A DNA stretch of 64,000 nucleotides, from assembly GCA_963706325.1 (NCBI GenBank), contig CAVPLT010000002.1, positions 160,001-224,000 on the forward strand, in the 5' to 3' direction. Shown here one piece after another: positions 49,004 through 59,374 of this stretch; the first letter of the stretch is position 1, and each line of letters begins with the position of its first letter. This stretch comes from an uncultured Nitrospiraceae bacterium. GTDB lineage: Bacteria > Nitrospirota > Nitrospiria > Nitrospirales > Nitrospiraceae. The translations under genes and the position numbers were made by a program. Under the pieces are notes generated by a model. The model was not told the DNA's origin and did not search any database. It saw nothing but the letters and a program-made list of their open reading frames with translations.

Positions 49004-50155
49004 TTAAGAGGTCGCGCTGCCTGGCGGAAGGGGAATGTACTGTCGAGGTACGCGGGGGCCGATGGCGCAAAGAATTTCATAGGGAATCGTGTGTTGCCAT
49101 GCGGCCAAGTCGTGCGCCGTGATGCATTCCTGTCCCTGTTGCCCGATCAGGATGGCTTCATGCCCGATTTCCACGCCGGGCACGTCCGTCACATCGACCA
49201 TGGTCATGTCCATGCAGACACGTCCGACCACCGGCGTGCGCCGCCCGCCGATCAACACGACGCCCCGATTCGACAGGAGACGGTTGTAGCCATCCGCATA
49301 CCCCATCGGCAGCACCGCAATGCGGGACGGACGTGAAGCGACGAAGGTGCGATTGTAGCTGACACTATCTCCAGGCTGAACAGTGTGAAGGTGTGCGATG
49401 GTGGTTTTCCAGGTAAGGACCGGTTTTACATCCGATGTCGGGTCTTCCTGTGCCAGGGTGTAGTACCCATAGAGCATAATGCCGGGGCGTACGAGTGAAT
49501 AACGGCTCGCGGGATAGGTGGCGAGAGCCGCGCTATTCGCCGCATGCACGAGCGGAAGTACGAGCCCTCGCTGTTGCAGTGTCTCAAGGGTTTGCTGGAA
49601 TCGCGCAAGTTGTGCCTCGGTATGCCGGGTATCATGATTGTCGGCATCGGCAAGATGGGTCATGAGTCCTTCCAGCCCCAGTACCGTTTGAAAGTCCGGC
49701 ATGCCGATGAGATCAGGCATCTCCTGCGGAGAGAGGCCGAGACGCCCCATGCCGGTTTCGATTTTGATGTGCACGGGGTAGGGCGTGGCGCAGGACGGGA
49801 TCTTGCCTGCAAAGGCATGCACCATATCGAGTCGATAGAGCACGGGTGTCAGCTGGTGAGCCACCAAGTCCGCAAACTGCGCAGGCATCGTCGCGCCCAT
49901 CACCAGAATGGCATCGTTGATGCCTGCTTGGCGGAGGGCGATGCCCTCATCGAGGGTGGCGACGCCAAATCGGTGTACGGCCAGCCGTTGAAGGGCACGG
50001 GTCATCTCGACGGCGCCATGCCCATAGGCGTTGGCTTTTACGATGGCCAGCACCTCGGAGCGGGGAGCGAGACGGCGTACGTGCGCAAGATTCTGCGCAA
50101 GCGCACCCAGATCCACTAAGGCGGTAGTTGGGGGAAAATGAGAGGGCGTGTACAC
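49004..50155 (-). CDS. alr: Alanine racemase
   Basis: AIVKANAYGHG, HIKIETGMGRLG, GYADGY, GRVCMD. Confidence 0.96.
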   Translation of the reverse strand: MYTPSHFPPTTALVDLGALAQNLAHVRRLAPRSEVLAIVKANAYGHGAVEMTRALQRLAVHRFGVATLDEGIALRQAGINDAILVMGATMPAQFADLVAHQLTPVLYRLDMVHAFAGKIPSCATPYPVHIKIETGMGRLGLSPQEMPDLIGMPDFQTVLGLEGLMTHLADADNHDTRHTEAQLARFQQTLETLQQRGLVLPLVHAANSAALATYPASRYSLVRPGIMLYGYYTLAQEDPTSDVKPVLTWKTTIAHLHTVQPGDSVSYNRTFVASRPSRIAVLPMGYADGYNRLLSNRGVVLIGGRRTPVVGRVCMDMTMVDVTDVPGVEIGHEAILIGQQGQECITAHDLAAWQHTIPYEILCAIGPRVPRQYIPLPPGSATS

Positions 50156-50180
50156 GCAGCTTGTCGTGCCGGAAAGGGCG

Positions 50181-50744
50181 TCAGACTTCGAGAATCTCGC
50201 CTTCTTTCTTCTTCATGACGTCGTCGATCTTCTGTATATATTGATCGGTCAGTTTCTGAATCTCGGTCTCCGACTTGCGCAATTCGTCTTCGGTCAACTT
50301 GGTGTCTTTCTGAAGTTTCTTGAGCTCTTCATTCCCATCCCGGCGGAAACCGCGGATCTGAACTTTCACTTCTTCGCCGTGTTTCTTGCACACTTTGATG
50401 AGCTCTTTCCGGCGTTCTTCGGTCAGGGGCGGAAGGGGAATGCGGATGAGCTTCCCATCGTTGGAGGGCGTCAGTCCGAGATCGGAGATTTGAATGGCTT
50501 TTTCGATTTCTCTGATCAGATTTTGTTCCCAGGGCTGAATTGTAATGAGCCGTGCTTCAGGAGTGGCGACATTCGCGACCTGTTTCAGCGGAGTCAGCGT
50601 GCCATAATAGTCGACCTTGATGCCGTCCACCAATGCCACCGAGGCGCGACCGGTGCGGAGCCCAGCCAAATCGCGTTTCATATGTTCGATCGCGTGATCC
50701 ATTTTCTCCGTTACGCGTTGTTTCACTTCCTGCGCCGTCGACAT
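50181..50744 (-). CDS. frr: Ribosome recycling factor
   Basis: LRTGRAS, PPLTEERRKEL. Confidence 0.97.
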   Translation of the reverse strand: MSTAQEVKQRVTEKMDHAIEHMKRDLAGLRTGRASVALVDGIKVDYYGTLTPLKQVANVATPEARLITIQPWEQNLIREIEKAIQISDLGLTPSNDGKLIRIPLPPLTEERRKELIKVCKKHGEEVKVQIRGFRRDGNEELKKLQKDTKLTEDELRKSETEIQKLTDQYIQKIDDVMKKKEGEILEV

Positions 50745-50756
50745 CAGCCTCTCTCC

Positions 50757-51482
50757 TTAGCGGCTTCCTACGGTGACCACGGTTCCGATGGGATCACCTT
50801 GGACGACCCGTTTAAAGTTTCCCTTCTCGGATAAGTTAAAGACGATCAACGGCAGCCGGTTATCCATACAAAGGCTGATGGCCGTCGAGTCCATGACTTT
50901 CAGATTCTGGGTCAGAATCGACAGGAAGGGGATTTCAGTATATTTCTTGGCTTGCGGGTTTTTAACGGGGTCGCTGTCATAGATGCCGTCGACTTTTGTG
51001 CCTTTCATGATGACCTCCGCGCCGATTTCCATGGCTCGGAGCGACGCGGCCGTGTCGGTCGAGAAATAGGGATTTCCGGTCCCACCGGCAAAAATCACCA
51101 CACGCTTTTTTTCCAAATGCCGGATGGCGCGACGGCGAATATAGCCTTCCGCCAACTGGCGCATTTCGATCGCCGACTGCACACGGGTCGAAATCCCTTT
51201 GCTCTCCAGCGAATTTTGGAGAGCGAGCGCGTTCAACACAGTAGCCAGCATGCCCATGTAGTCAGCCGAAGCCCGTTCCATGCCGCGCGCGCTGGCGGCC
51301 AGACCACGAAAGATATTGCCGCCGCCGATCACGACGGCGACTTCAACGTCCATCGCGACGACGTCGGCAATTTCGTCCGCTAGTCCTTCGAGAATCGAGG
51401 GTTGAATGCCATAGCCCTGCTCACCGGCCAGCATTTCTCCGCTGACTTTCAGCAGGATGCGGCGGTACTGCGCAGAGCTCAT
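50757..51482 (-). CDS. pyrH: UMP kinase
   Basis: [25 protein letters not shown]. Confidence 0.97.
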   Translation of the reverse strand: MSSAQYRRILLKVSGEMLAGEQGYGIQPSILEGLADEIADVVAMDVEVAVVIGGGNIFRGLAASARGMERASADYMGMLATVLNALALQNSLESKGISTRVQSAIEMRQLAEGYIRRRAIRHLEKKRVVIFAGGTGNPYFSTDTAASLRAMEIGAEVIMKGTKVDGIYDSDPVKNPQAKKYTEIPFLSILTQNLKVMDSTAISLCMDNRLPLIVFNLSEKGNFKRVVQGDPIGTVVTVGSR

Positions 51483-52075
51483 GCCTGGCCTAATTGATAC
51501 CGGGTGAAGCGGCGAATGTTCATGTTCTCACCGATTTTACCGATTTGCTGTGCGAGCAGATCTTTGATGGTAACCGACGGATCTTTGATGAAGCCCTGTT
51601 CGAGCAAGCAGTTCTCCTGGTAAAACTTTTCCAGCTTGCCCTCGATGATTTTTGGCCAGGCTGCGGGAGGCTTGCCCAACTCTTTGGCCTGTCCTTCGTA
51701 GATGCTTCGTTCCTTCGTGACGACGTCCGCAGGAATTTCTTCCCGTCTGACACAGGAGGGATTCGATGCCGCCACCTGCAGGGCTAAATCATTCACGAAG
51801 GCTTTGAACTGTTCGTTTCGCGCCACGAAATCAGTTTCGCAATTGACTTCGATGAGCACTCCAATTTTCCCCCCGGCGTGGATATAGGCGTGGACCAACC
51901 CCTGGTTGGTTTCGCGACCGGCTTTTTTCTGGGCTGCAGCCAATCCCTTTTGCCGAAGATAATCGATGGCTTTGTCGATGCTGTTTCCATTTTCTGACAA
52001 GGCTTTCTGGCAATCCAGAATGCCGGCCCCTGTTTTTTCACGCAGCTCTTTTACGAGATCACTCAGACTTGCCAT
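51479..52075 (-). CDS. tsf: Elongation factor Ts (short form)
   Basis: [21 protein letters not shown]. Confidence 0.97.
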   Translation of the reverse strand: MASLSDLVKELREKTGAGILDCQKALSENGNSIDKAIDYLRQKGLAAAQKKAGRETNQGLVHAYIHAGGKIGVLIEVNCETDFVARNEQFKAFVNDLALQVAASNPSCVRREEIPADVVTKERSIYEGQAKELGKPPAAWPKIIEGKLEKFYQENCLLEQGFIKDPSVTIKDLLAQQIGKIGENMNIRRFTRYQLGQA

Positions 52076-52126
52076 GGGCTCCTCAGTTGGTCGAATAGAA
52101 CAATGCCGTCCTGCAGGGTGCGGCGT

Positions 52127-52900
52127 TTACGAGGCTGACACGCCGGCCAGGCGTGCGGTCGGTTTGGAGCCGCCACCCGCCGGTGCCGTCGCAAATTCAG
52201 TTTCTTCATGCTGTGTCCGGAGATGCGCCCCTTCGAGGCAGGCGTCCGCGATGCGGGAAATAATCAACTTGATGGAGCGAATCGCATCGTCGTTGCCGGG
52301 AATGGGATATTGAATATGGTCCGGATCACAGTTCGAGTCGAGGATCGCAATGACTGGAATTTCGAGCCGGCTGGCCTCGAGGATCGCGATGTGCTCGATC
52401 CGCGTATCCAAGACGAATACCGCACCAGGCAACCCACGCATGTTGCGGATGCCCGACAGGTTCTTCTGGAGCTTGACGACTTCCTTCTGCATCTGCCCAA
52501 GCTCTTTCTTGGTATGGCCCTGATGAGTCGGGTCGGCGAGGGTCGTTTCCATTTTTTTCATTTTGTCGATGCTGCGACGGATGGTCTGAAAATTGGTCAA
52601 CATGCCGCCCAACCATCGCTGGTTGATGAAAAATTGATTGGCGCGCTTGGCTTCTTCTTCCAAAATCTCCGCTGCTTGGCGCTTGGTGCCGACGAATAAA
52701 ACGGATTCTCCGGCTGCCACGGTGTCGCGTGCGAAGGCATAGGCCTGTTCCATGCGCGCAACCGTCTGTTGCAAATCGATGATGTACACGCCGTTTCGCT
52801 CACCGAACAGGAATCGCTTCATCTTCGGATTCCAACGGTTCGTCTGGTGGCCGAAATGGACTCCGGCTTCCAGTAATTCTTTAATCGCAACGACTCCCAT
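52127..52900 (-). CDS. rpsB: 30S ribosomal protein S2
   Basis: LLEAGVHFGHQT.RWNPKM, RWLGGMLTNF, PGNDDAIRS. Confidence 0.98.
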   Translation of the reverse strand: MGVVAIKELLEAGVHFGHQTNRWNPKMKRFLFGERNGVYIIDLQQTVARMEQAYAFARDTVAAGESVLFVGTKRQAAEILEEEAKRANQFFINQRWLGGMLTNFQTIRRSIDKMKKMETTLADPTHQGHTKKELGQMQKEVVKLQKNLSGIRNMRGLPGAVFVLDTRIEHIAILEASRLEIPVIAILDSNCDPDHIQYPIPGNDDAIRSIKLIISRIADACLEGAHLRTQHEETEFATAPAGGGSKPTARLAGVSAS

Positions 52901-53129
52901 ACCTTCACCTCCCTCCGAAGCCTGCAGAGCGCCTGGCGAACGCCAACGGCGAGGGGGATGTCCCCCTTATTCTCAGGCTGCGCAGCGTGCGCATCACGCT
53001 GGTTTGGATTTAAATAAGACGTCCCTGATTGTGTGGCTCAAGCGGTGAACGATGGGACAGACCCTTCACTGCACGAAAACGCCCGAACGCTAGCACACTC
53101 GCCTCTACTTTGCAACCAACCAAGCCCCG

Positions 53130-54335
53130 TCACGAGCGATAACTCGCGTTGATGCGCACGTATTCGTAAGATAAATCCGTGGTCCACATGTGTGACTCGG
53201 ATTTCCCAAGTCCGAGGTCCACAAGAATAGTAAAGTCTCGTTGCTGGAAGACTTTGGTCAGCCGTCGTTCAGCCCCATGTCCGAGACTTTGCCCCCGTCG
53301 TACCATTGCGACATTTCCAAATTGAAGACTCACGCGCATGGGATCGATGGGGACTCCTGCGCGCCCAAGGGCGGCCATGACGCGCCCCCAGTTTGCGTCA
53401 CCACCGAACAGTGCTGTTTTGACCAGGCTCGATGTCGCAATCGTTTGCGCAACCTGTCGGGCTGACCGCGCAGTCTTGGCCCCTTGGACTTGGATGCGCA
53501 CCACCTTGGTAACCCCTTCGCCGTCCCAGCAAATTTTCAATGCCAGCGTCCGGCAGACCGTTTCAACCATCGCGCAAAAACGCGTAAAGTCTGCAGAGCC
53601 GGGTATGAGTGTCTCATTTCCGGCCATTCCATTGGCAAGGCATAGGACCGTGTCGTTCGTGCTGGTATCCCCATCAACGGTGATGCAATTGAACGATTGA
53701 TCGACGGCCTGACGAAGTGCCAGTTGGAGGGTACGCTGACTAATGGCCGCATCGGTCGTCAGATAGGCCAGCATGGTTGCCATGCTGGGATGGATCATTC
53801 CGGATCCTTTGGCCATCCCGCCGACCGTCACCATGTGTCCGCCTAGTCGAGCGCGTACTGCCACCTCCTTCGGCTTAAGGTCAGTCGTCATAATAGCCTG
53901 CGCCGCCTCGCGGCCTCCGCGGCGATTGACCCGAGCGAGTAGGGCAGGCATCCCTCGTTTGATACAGCTCAGGGGGAGCGGTTGGCCTATGACTCCGGTC
54001 GATCCGATGAAGATGGTATGAAGAGGTGTCTGTAGCGCCGTGGCGACCAGCTGCGCCATGTCTGCAGCCGTCCTCATCCCTTCGGGTCCGGTGCAGGCGT
54101 TGGCATTGCCGCTATTGATGAGGATGGCGCGGCCAATTCCTTTTTTTAAATGTAGGCGATCAAGGATGACAGGGGCTGCCGCGATACGATTCGTCGTGAA
54201 GACACCTGCGATGGGTCCTTTTTTTTCCGACACCAGCAATGCCAAATCGAGCTGCTTCTTTTTCTTAATTCCGCAATAGATTCCGGCAGCCCGAAACCCA
54301 AGCGGGGCCGTGACGCCTCCTGGAATAGTTTTCAT
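53130..54335 (-). CDS. argJ: Ornithine acetyltransferase/N-acetylglutamate synthase
   Basis: NSGNANACTG, KGSGMIHP.MATML, DGDTSTND, DGEGVTK. Confidence 0.96.
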   Translation of the reverse strand: MKTIPGGVTAPLGFRAAGIYCGIKKKKQLDLALLVSEKKGPIAGVFTTNRIAAAPVILDRLHLKKGIGRAILINSGNANACTGPEGMRTAADMAQLVATALQTPLHTIFIGSTGVIGQPLPLSCIKRGMPALLARVNRRGGREAAQAIMTTDLKPKEVAVRARLGGHMVTVGGMAKGSGMIHPSMATMLAYLTTDAAISQRTLQLALRQAVDQSFNCITVDGDTSTNDTVLCLANGMAGNETLIPGSADFTRFCAMVETVCRTLALKICWDGEGVTKVVRIQVQGAKTARSARQVAQTIATSSLVKTALFGGDANWGRVMAALGRAGVPIDPMRVSLQFGNVAMVRRGQSLGHGAERRLTKVFQQRDFTILVDLGLGKSESHMWTTDLSYEYVRINASYRS

Positions 54336-54392
54336 TTGTTGTCCTGTGTGGAGTGGGGATGGGTCGTATGCGGGCTCACTCATTCAGCAAGC

Positions 54393-55466
54393 TTATGGAT
54401 AGATGCCGGGCGCGGTTAAGCCCATCTCTTCAGGATATCCGAGCATGAGATTCATGGCCTGGATGGCTTGTCCTGCCGCTCCTTTGATCAGGTTGTCGAT
54501 GGCGGCGACGGTCACGACCCAGCCGGCACGTGTATCGGTATGCACCGCGAGATCGCAGTAGTTGGCGCCTCGCACATGTCGTGGATTCGGCATGGCGGTT
54601 TCGAGTAATCGCACAAATCGTTCACCCTTGTAAAAATCTCGGTAGAGGGCCCTTAATTCAACGACATCCAGCGTTCCTTTCACTCGCGCGTAGGCGGTGC
54701 TTAAAATGCCGCGATTCATAGGCACGAGATGTGGCGTGAACGCGATGGTGACGGTGCTTTCCTGTCCGTCGGTCCTTCGTCCGTGCTTTCTGGCCAGCAT
54801 GGAAAGTTCCTGCTCAATTTCAGGAATGTGTCGATGTTGACCGATCTTATAGGGCTCTAGCGATTCGTGGGCTTCTGGAAAGTGGTAGGGCAAGGCCGGA
54901 CTTCTTCCGGCTCCGGACACACCCGACTTGGCATCGATCACAATCGTATCCGGTACGACCAGGCCATGCGCGAGCAATGGCGCCAATTGCAAAATTGCGG
55001 CAGTGGGGTAGCAGCCAGGTGAGGCGACCAGGCGCGCCTGTGCTATGGCCGCTCGATGCAATTCTGGCAGTCCGTACACCGCGCCTTCGATCAGATCGGG
55101 ATGCGCATGCGAAGTCTGATACCATGCCTCGTATGTTCGGGGATCCTTGAGCCTGAAGTCGGCGCTCAGGTCAATGACGCGCTTACCGGCTTTCATGCAG
55201 CTCGCCACTGGCCCCATGGACTTAGTATGTGGCAAGGCTAGAAAAAGCACATCGGCGTGCTCCGCCAAGGCTTCAGGCGCCAGAGCTTCAAACGTTAGGG
55301 GTATGACGTTCTGCAAGTGGGGATAGACAGACGAGACCGTCATCCCCGCGGATTTTTCCGAGGTCACCGCCGCCAAGGTGACTTGGGGATGTTGAGAAAG
55401 CAACCGTAACAATTCCGCGCCCGTGTATCCACTGGCGCCCGCCACTGCGACTCGTACCGACGTCAT
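54393..55466 (-). CDS. argC: N-acetyl-gamma-glutamyl-phosphate reductase
   Basis: GASGYTG, PGCYPT, SGVSGAG, DNLIKGAAGQA. Confidence 0.97.
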   Translation of the reverse strand: MTSVRVAVAGASGYTGAELLRLLSQHPQVTLAAVTSEKSAGMTVSSVYPHLQNVIPLTFEALAPEALAEHADVLFLALPHTKSMGPVASCMKAGKRVIDLSADFRLKDPRTYEAWYQTSHAHPDLIEGAVYGLPELHRAAIAQARLVASPGCYPTAAILQLAPLLAHGLVVPDTIVIDAKSGVSGAGRSPALPYHFPEAHESLEPYKIGQHRHIPEIEQELSMLARKHGRRTDGQESTVTIAFTPHLVPMNRGILSTAYARVKGTLDVVELRALYRDFYKGERFVRLLETAMPNPRHVRGANYCDLAVHTDTRAGWVVTVAAIDNLIKGAAGQAIQAMNLMLGYPEEMGLTAPGIYP

Positions 55467-55518
55467 GTCACTTCTCCTGCATTAGCGTAGGCTACTTATC
55501 GGCACGTTATGTCGCACA

Positions 55519-55553
55519 TAAAAAAAGGGAAGGCCGCGGAGCCTTCCCTTTTT
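55519..55553. terminator. Intrinsic terminator downstream of rpsI (bidirectional-looking)
   Basis: AAAAAAAGGGAAGGC-CGCGGA-GCCTTCCCTTTTT. Confidence 0.75.
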
Positions 55554-55578
55554 GACATATGTCGCTCCAGGCGTTCTC

Positions 55579-55971
55579 TTATCGCTTCGAGTATTGGAAG
55601 CGCTTTCTTGCGCCCTTTTGGCCGTACTTTTTGCGCTCTTTCACGCGCGAATCCCGGGTGAGAAGGCCTTCCTTCTTGAGGGGGCTACGGAATGCCGCAC
55701 TCATGATGACCAGTGCTTTGGAGATCGCATGCCGGAGGGCTCCCGCCTGGCCGGCCGGCCCACCGCCATAGACGGTGGCGCGCACTGAATATTTGCCGGC
55801 GACCCCAGCCAACTCGAACGGAAATTGAATGACATTCCGCAGGGTCATGCGGGGGAATGCTTTGTCCAGTGGCTTCTCATTCACAACGATATCGCCGGCG
55901 GCGGCGGTCACCCAGGCACGAGCGATTGCGCTCTTTCTTTTTCCGGTTGCATACTGAGTCAATGCTGCCAT
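55579..55971 (-). CDS. rpsI: 30S ribosomal protein S9
   Basis: TGKRKSAIAR, GGGPAGQAGA, ERKKYG..GARKRFQYSKR. Confidence 0.98.
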   Translation of the reverse strand: MAALTQYATGKRKSAIARAWVTAAAGDIVVNEKPLDKAFPRMTLRNVIQFPFELAGVAGKYSVRATVYGGGPAGQAGALRHAISKALVIMSAAFRSPLKKEGLLTRDSRVKERKKYGQKGARKRFQYSKR

Positions 55972-56013
55972 ATCAGGCCGTCTCCTTCACAGATCCAGTT
56001 CAAACAATAATGG

Positions 56014-56454
56014 TCAGAGTGAGAGTGATTCCAGTTGCTGCGCGTGATGCGGGTGGGTCGGTCCCGCATAGACCCGCAATTTCTTTGCCATATGATTTCC
56101 CAGGGGATTCTTAGGCAGCATGCCTTCAATGGCTCTTGTCAAGAGCTCGGTCGGTTGTTTCCGGTGGATGTGTTCTGCGGTCAACGTTTTAAGTCCGCCT
56201 GGATATCCGGTGTGATAGGAATAGGTTTTGGATTCCATCTTATTTCCGGTCAGGCGAATTTTCTCCGCATTCACAATCACGACATGATCCCCCGTATCCA
56301 CATGGGGCGTGAAGGTGGGTTTGTGCTTGCCGCGCAGCAGCGTAGCAACTTTCGCGGCCAAGCGGCCGAGCGTTTTTCCGTCGGCATCCACTAAGAACCA
56401 CTTGCGTTTCACATCAGCTGGCTTTTCGAGGTACGTTTTTGTCATGGTCTCCAT
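56014..56454 (-). CDS. rplM: 50S ribosomal protein L13
   Basis: LGRLA, LRGKHKPTFTPHVDTGD, HTGYPGG. Confidence 0.98.
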   Translation of the reverse strand: METMTKTYLEKPADVKRKWFLVDADGKTLGRLAAKVATLLRGKHKPTFTPHVDTGDHVVIVNAEKIRLTGNKMESKTYSYHTGYPGGLKTLTAEHIHRKQPTELLTRAIEGMLPKNPLGNHMAKKLRVYAGPTHPHHAQQLESLSL

Positions 56455-56495
56455 CTACTCCTGCACGATAGGCTTCTGCTGTGAGGCGCAAGGCC

Positions 56496-56981
56496 TCAGG
56501 CTTGTTGGGGTTCGATATTTTTGGCGTCGAGTTTGTTGATCCATGCATCCAAGTGAACGGCGGTTCGGCGATTAAGTACGTCTTGTGTGGCATAGATCGG
56601 GCAATCTGCGCGGAGTGCGAGGGCAATGGCATCACTCGGTCTCGCGTCTAGTGTCCGGTGCACTCCCTTTGACGCAAATGCCACACTCGCATAATAGGTG
56701 CTGCTCTTCACATCCGTAATCACGACTCTTTCAATGCGAATGCCCAAGTGATCCGCGAAACTCCGAATGAGGTCGTGGCTCATTGGCCGGGGCGTCACCA
56801 CATGTTCCATAGCGAGGCGAATCGCATTGCCTTCGGCAGACCCGACCCAGATCGGAAGCGTGACACTCGCGTCCTCACTCTTGAGGACGACGATACGAGT
56901 ATCGGTATTACCGTCTTCCAATACTTGTTTGACGGTCAACGCCACGAGTTCCGGCGCCTGGTTCTGGGTGACTAGTTCCAC
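56496..56981 (-). CDS. Bifunctional nuclease family (DUF151) protein 2
   Basis: LPIWVG, PRPMSHDL, DARPSDAIALALR. Confidence 0.9.
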   Translation of the reverse strand: MELVTQNQAPELVALTVKQVLEDGNTDTRIVVLKSEDASVTLPIWVGSAEGNAIRLAMEHVVTPRPMSHDLIRSFADHLGIRIERVVITDVKSSTYYASVAFASKGVHRTLDARPSDAIALALRADCPIYATQDVLNRRTAVHLDAWINKLDAKNIEPQQA

Positions 56982-56983
56982 GG

Positions 56984-57439
56984 CTAGGTATCCAGTTTGC
57001 CAAAGTCTTCCGGCTTTAAATTTTCCAGCCACTGTTCGAGTTCTTCCGAAGACTGTTTCTTAATGACTTTCTCGCTCGCAAAGATCGGCGCGCTGGTGCG
57101 CAGCGCCAATGCGATTGCATCGCTGGGGCGAGAATCGACCGTGTATTCTGAGTCCTCATACATTAAGTGAATCGTTGCGAAATAGGTGTTTTCGTTCAAG
57201 TCTGTAATGACCACACTGATGATTTTCGCATCGAATGTATCCAGGAATGATTTCATCAAATCGTGCGTCATGGGACGCGGAGCGGTGACGCTCTCTAGCG
57301 CCAGACCGATCGCGCTGGCTTCTGATTTGCCTACCCAGATCGGGAGCATGTCCGATTTCTCTTCATCTCGCAACACTACGATGTAGGCGTTGTTATAGGG
57401 GTCAAAAATCAGACCCTTAACCCGCATTTGTGTAATCAC
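56984..57439 (-). CDS. Bifunctional nuclease family (DUF151) protein 1
   Basis: LPIWVG, PRPMTHDL, DSRPSDAIALALR, WLENLKPEDF. Confidence 0.92.
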   Translation of the reverse strand: MITQMRVKGLIFDPYNNAYIVVLRDEEKSDMLPIWVGKSEASAIGLALESVTAPRPMTHDLMKSFLDTFDAKIISVVITDLNENTYFATIHLMYEDSEYTVDSRPSDAIALALRTSAPIFASEKVIKKQSSEELEQWLENLKPEDFGKLDT

Positions 57440-57487
57440 GGCGGGATTGTCCTTCCAGACTTCAGCCTAAAACATCGACAATTGAGG

Positions 57488-57517
57488 AATTTAGCATTTC
57501 GGAAATCGGCCTGTCAA
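57488..57517 (-). promoter_or_regulatory. Sigma70-like promoter upstream of the DUF151-rplM-rpsI run
   Basis: TTGACA-18 nt-TAAATT on the minus strand. Confidence 0.5.
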
Positions 57518-57656
57518 CGAATTCAATTTTGAAATTGTGGAGGTGACTCTGCGGATCGCAGGATAATAAGATCCACGATCTTTCCTGCGTCGCATGGTTG
57601 AAGGCGTGACTGATCTTTGGCCGCACCATCTCGGTCACCTCAACAATTTCTCCCGT

Positions 57657-57938
57657 CTAAGAACCGGCTGGTCGGAAGTTCTGTTCCAATTTGGACGTGT
57701 CGGTTTGCTCACCTAGCTTGAGAAAGGCCTTCATTTGTTTTTTTACGAGCTCTCGGCCGCTCTCATCCCCTAAGTTCACCTGGTACTCATTGATGACCAT
57801 CACGCGCATGCCTTCCCACTTTTGCCAGCAGGGCTTACAAACTTTCGCTTTGATCTCAGCCTCGAGCTTTCCGAGAAATAACATATCGGTAATTGCTTCG
57901 CCCGCTTGGCCGCAGGTGACACATTGCACATCCGCCAT
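57657..57938 (-). CDS. YggX-like Fe(2+)-trafficking/oxidative damage protection protein
   Basis: VCKPCWQKW....VMVINEY.VNLGD...RE....QMKAFL. Confidence 0.8.
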   Translation of the reverse strand: MADVQCVTCGQAGEAITDMLFLGKLEAEIKAKVCKPCWQKWEGMRVMVINEYQVNLGDESGRELVKKQMKAFLKLGEQTDTSKLEQNFRPAGS

Positions 57939-58118
57939 GGTTGCCTCCATAAATTCCTTGTCGGTCGCTTGCATATTCCAAAGATCATTCTAGCATCCGA
58001 TATTTGCAGAAAAAAAGAGTACGCCTTCAGATTGACGCTTATCCCGCTTCATGGTAAAAAAAGCTCCCCCTCACTGTAAAGAGGTGTAGTGATGGGACCA
58101 CGTGGCGATGGTTCTTGT

Positions 58119-58205
58119 GCCCGGATGGCGGAACTGGCAGACGCGCCGGACTCAAAATCCGGTTCTCGCAAGAGAGTGGGAGTTCGACCCTCCCTCTGGG
58201 CACCA
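58119..58205 (+). tRNA. tRNA-Leu(CAA)
   Basis: Acceptor stem GCCCGGA/TCTGGGC, anticodon arm CCGGA-CTCAAAA-TCCGG, long variable arm, GTTCGAC T-loop, encoded CCA. Confidence 0.96.
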
Positions 58206-58298
58206 TCAATTTGAACGGATGAATCAGGATGATCAGAGAAAATGTAATGGTGGAACCCGGGCCAACACTATATAGTGGATGGGTCGCCTGAAAACATC

Positions 58299-58327
58299 TT
58301 GACATAATGTGGTTGTTGGCCTATAGT
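58299..58327 (+). promoter_or_regulatory. Near-consensus sigma70 promoter
   Basis: TTGACA-17 nt-TATAGT. Confidence 0.65.
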
Positions 58328-58418
58328 CCGCCCGAATTTGTCTAGGAATGCGTATGACCAGTTTATCGCCGTCCATCATCATTCTCTTATCAATTCCATC
58401 TCACTAAGGAGGCAGCAC

Positions 58419-59201
58419 ATGCGTAAGGTGTTGGCACTTGGAGCTGCGGTGCTTTTGGTCAGCTCCGTTGGTGTAGCAGGCGCTCAGGAGCGTTTGCCGC
58501 AGTCCTCATCAGGATCCGGATTCGGTGTCGGCACCGGAGTCGGAGACGTTTCAGGTAACTCCGGTCGTACCGCCGCATTTGATCGGAACGCATTTATTGA
58601 CCGGCTTGGTCAAGCTGAAACTGTGTTCGGTCGCGTTTTGGCCATCGACGTGCCAGGCCACAAATTGCATTTAGAAACCGGCGGGAGTTCACACGACGAA
58701 GGTCGTGCGGGTACGGGCGCCATGTCGTCGTTGACGCTGTATTTCGACGGGCAGACCAATATGGATCAAATCAAAGTACTCAATGCCGGCGACGATATTT
58801 CAGTGCAAGTGGTTGAAGTGCCCAACGAGAGAGCGGATGTTGGCGTGTATGGAAGCGGCCGCAAACTCGTCCGTGAAATCTACCTGTTCCGGGGTAACGA
58901 AAAGTTGGCAGGCTTTGGCGGCCTCGGGCAGCGCCCGGCCCCGATGACTGAGCGTGGGATCGTGACGTCTTCAGGCACCGTTACCGGTGGATTGGTTGGT
59001 GGAGTGTTTCCCGGAACGGTGACGACTGGCGTGGTGACAACCAGCGTTGGCGAATTTACCGGGCAGGCACCTTGCTGGAACTGTGAACCTCAGCCAGGAT
59101 GGGGTTATCAGACCGTGGCACCGGAAACCAAAGTTCAGAACAAATCGGACTATGGAACCGATAGCGCCAAGCCAAACCTGCAAAAGGGTTTGACCAATTA
59201 A
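58419..59201 (+). CDS. Exported Gly-rich hypothetical protein with a CWNC motif
   Basis: TAAGGAGG SD; signal peptide MRKVLALGAAVLLVSSVGVAGA. Confidence 0.8.
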   Translation: MRKVLALGAAVLLVSSVGVAGAQERLPQSSSGSGFGVGTGVGDVSGNSGRTAAFDRNAFIDRLGQAETVFGRVLAIDVPGHKLHLETGGSSHDEGRAGTGAMSSLTLYFDGQTNMDQIKVLNAGDDISVQVVEVPNERADVGVYGSGRKLVREIYLFRGNEKLAGFGGLGQRPAPMTERGIVTSSGTVTGGLVGGVFPGTVTTGVVTTSVGEFTGQAPCWNCEPQPGWGYQTVAPETKVQNKSDYGTDSAKPNLQKGLTN

Positions 59202-59233
59202 GATGTAACGTTTCGTCAAGGTCTGGATCTTGA

Positions 59234-59269
59234 ACGGGGTGCTTCGGAAGAAGCACCCCGTTTTCTTTT
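59234..59269 (+). terminator. Intrinsic terminator
   Basis: ACGGGGTGCTTC-GGAA-GAAGCACCCCGT followed by a T-rich tract. Confidence 0.8.
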
Positions 59270-59374
59270 GACGAGGTGCGCCTGTGAGTTTATTGCAAGT
59301 CGGCCAGGCACTTGGTAAATTCTCATGCTCTCCCTTGTCACCAACCTAGCGCGTCATTAACAGGGAAATCTCAC

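Noticed and set aside
58119..58300. Integrative element at tRNA-Leu
   Set aside because: No integrase, and I saw no duplicate of the tRNA 3' end in the window.
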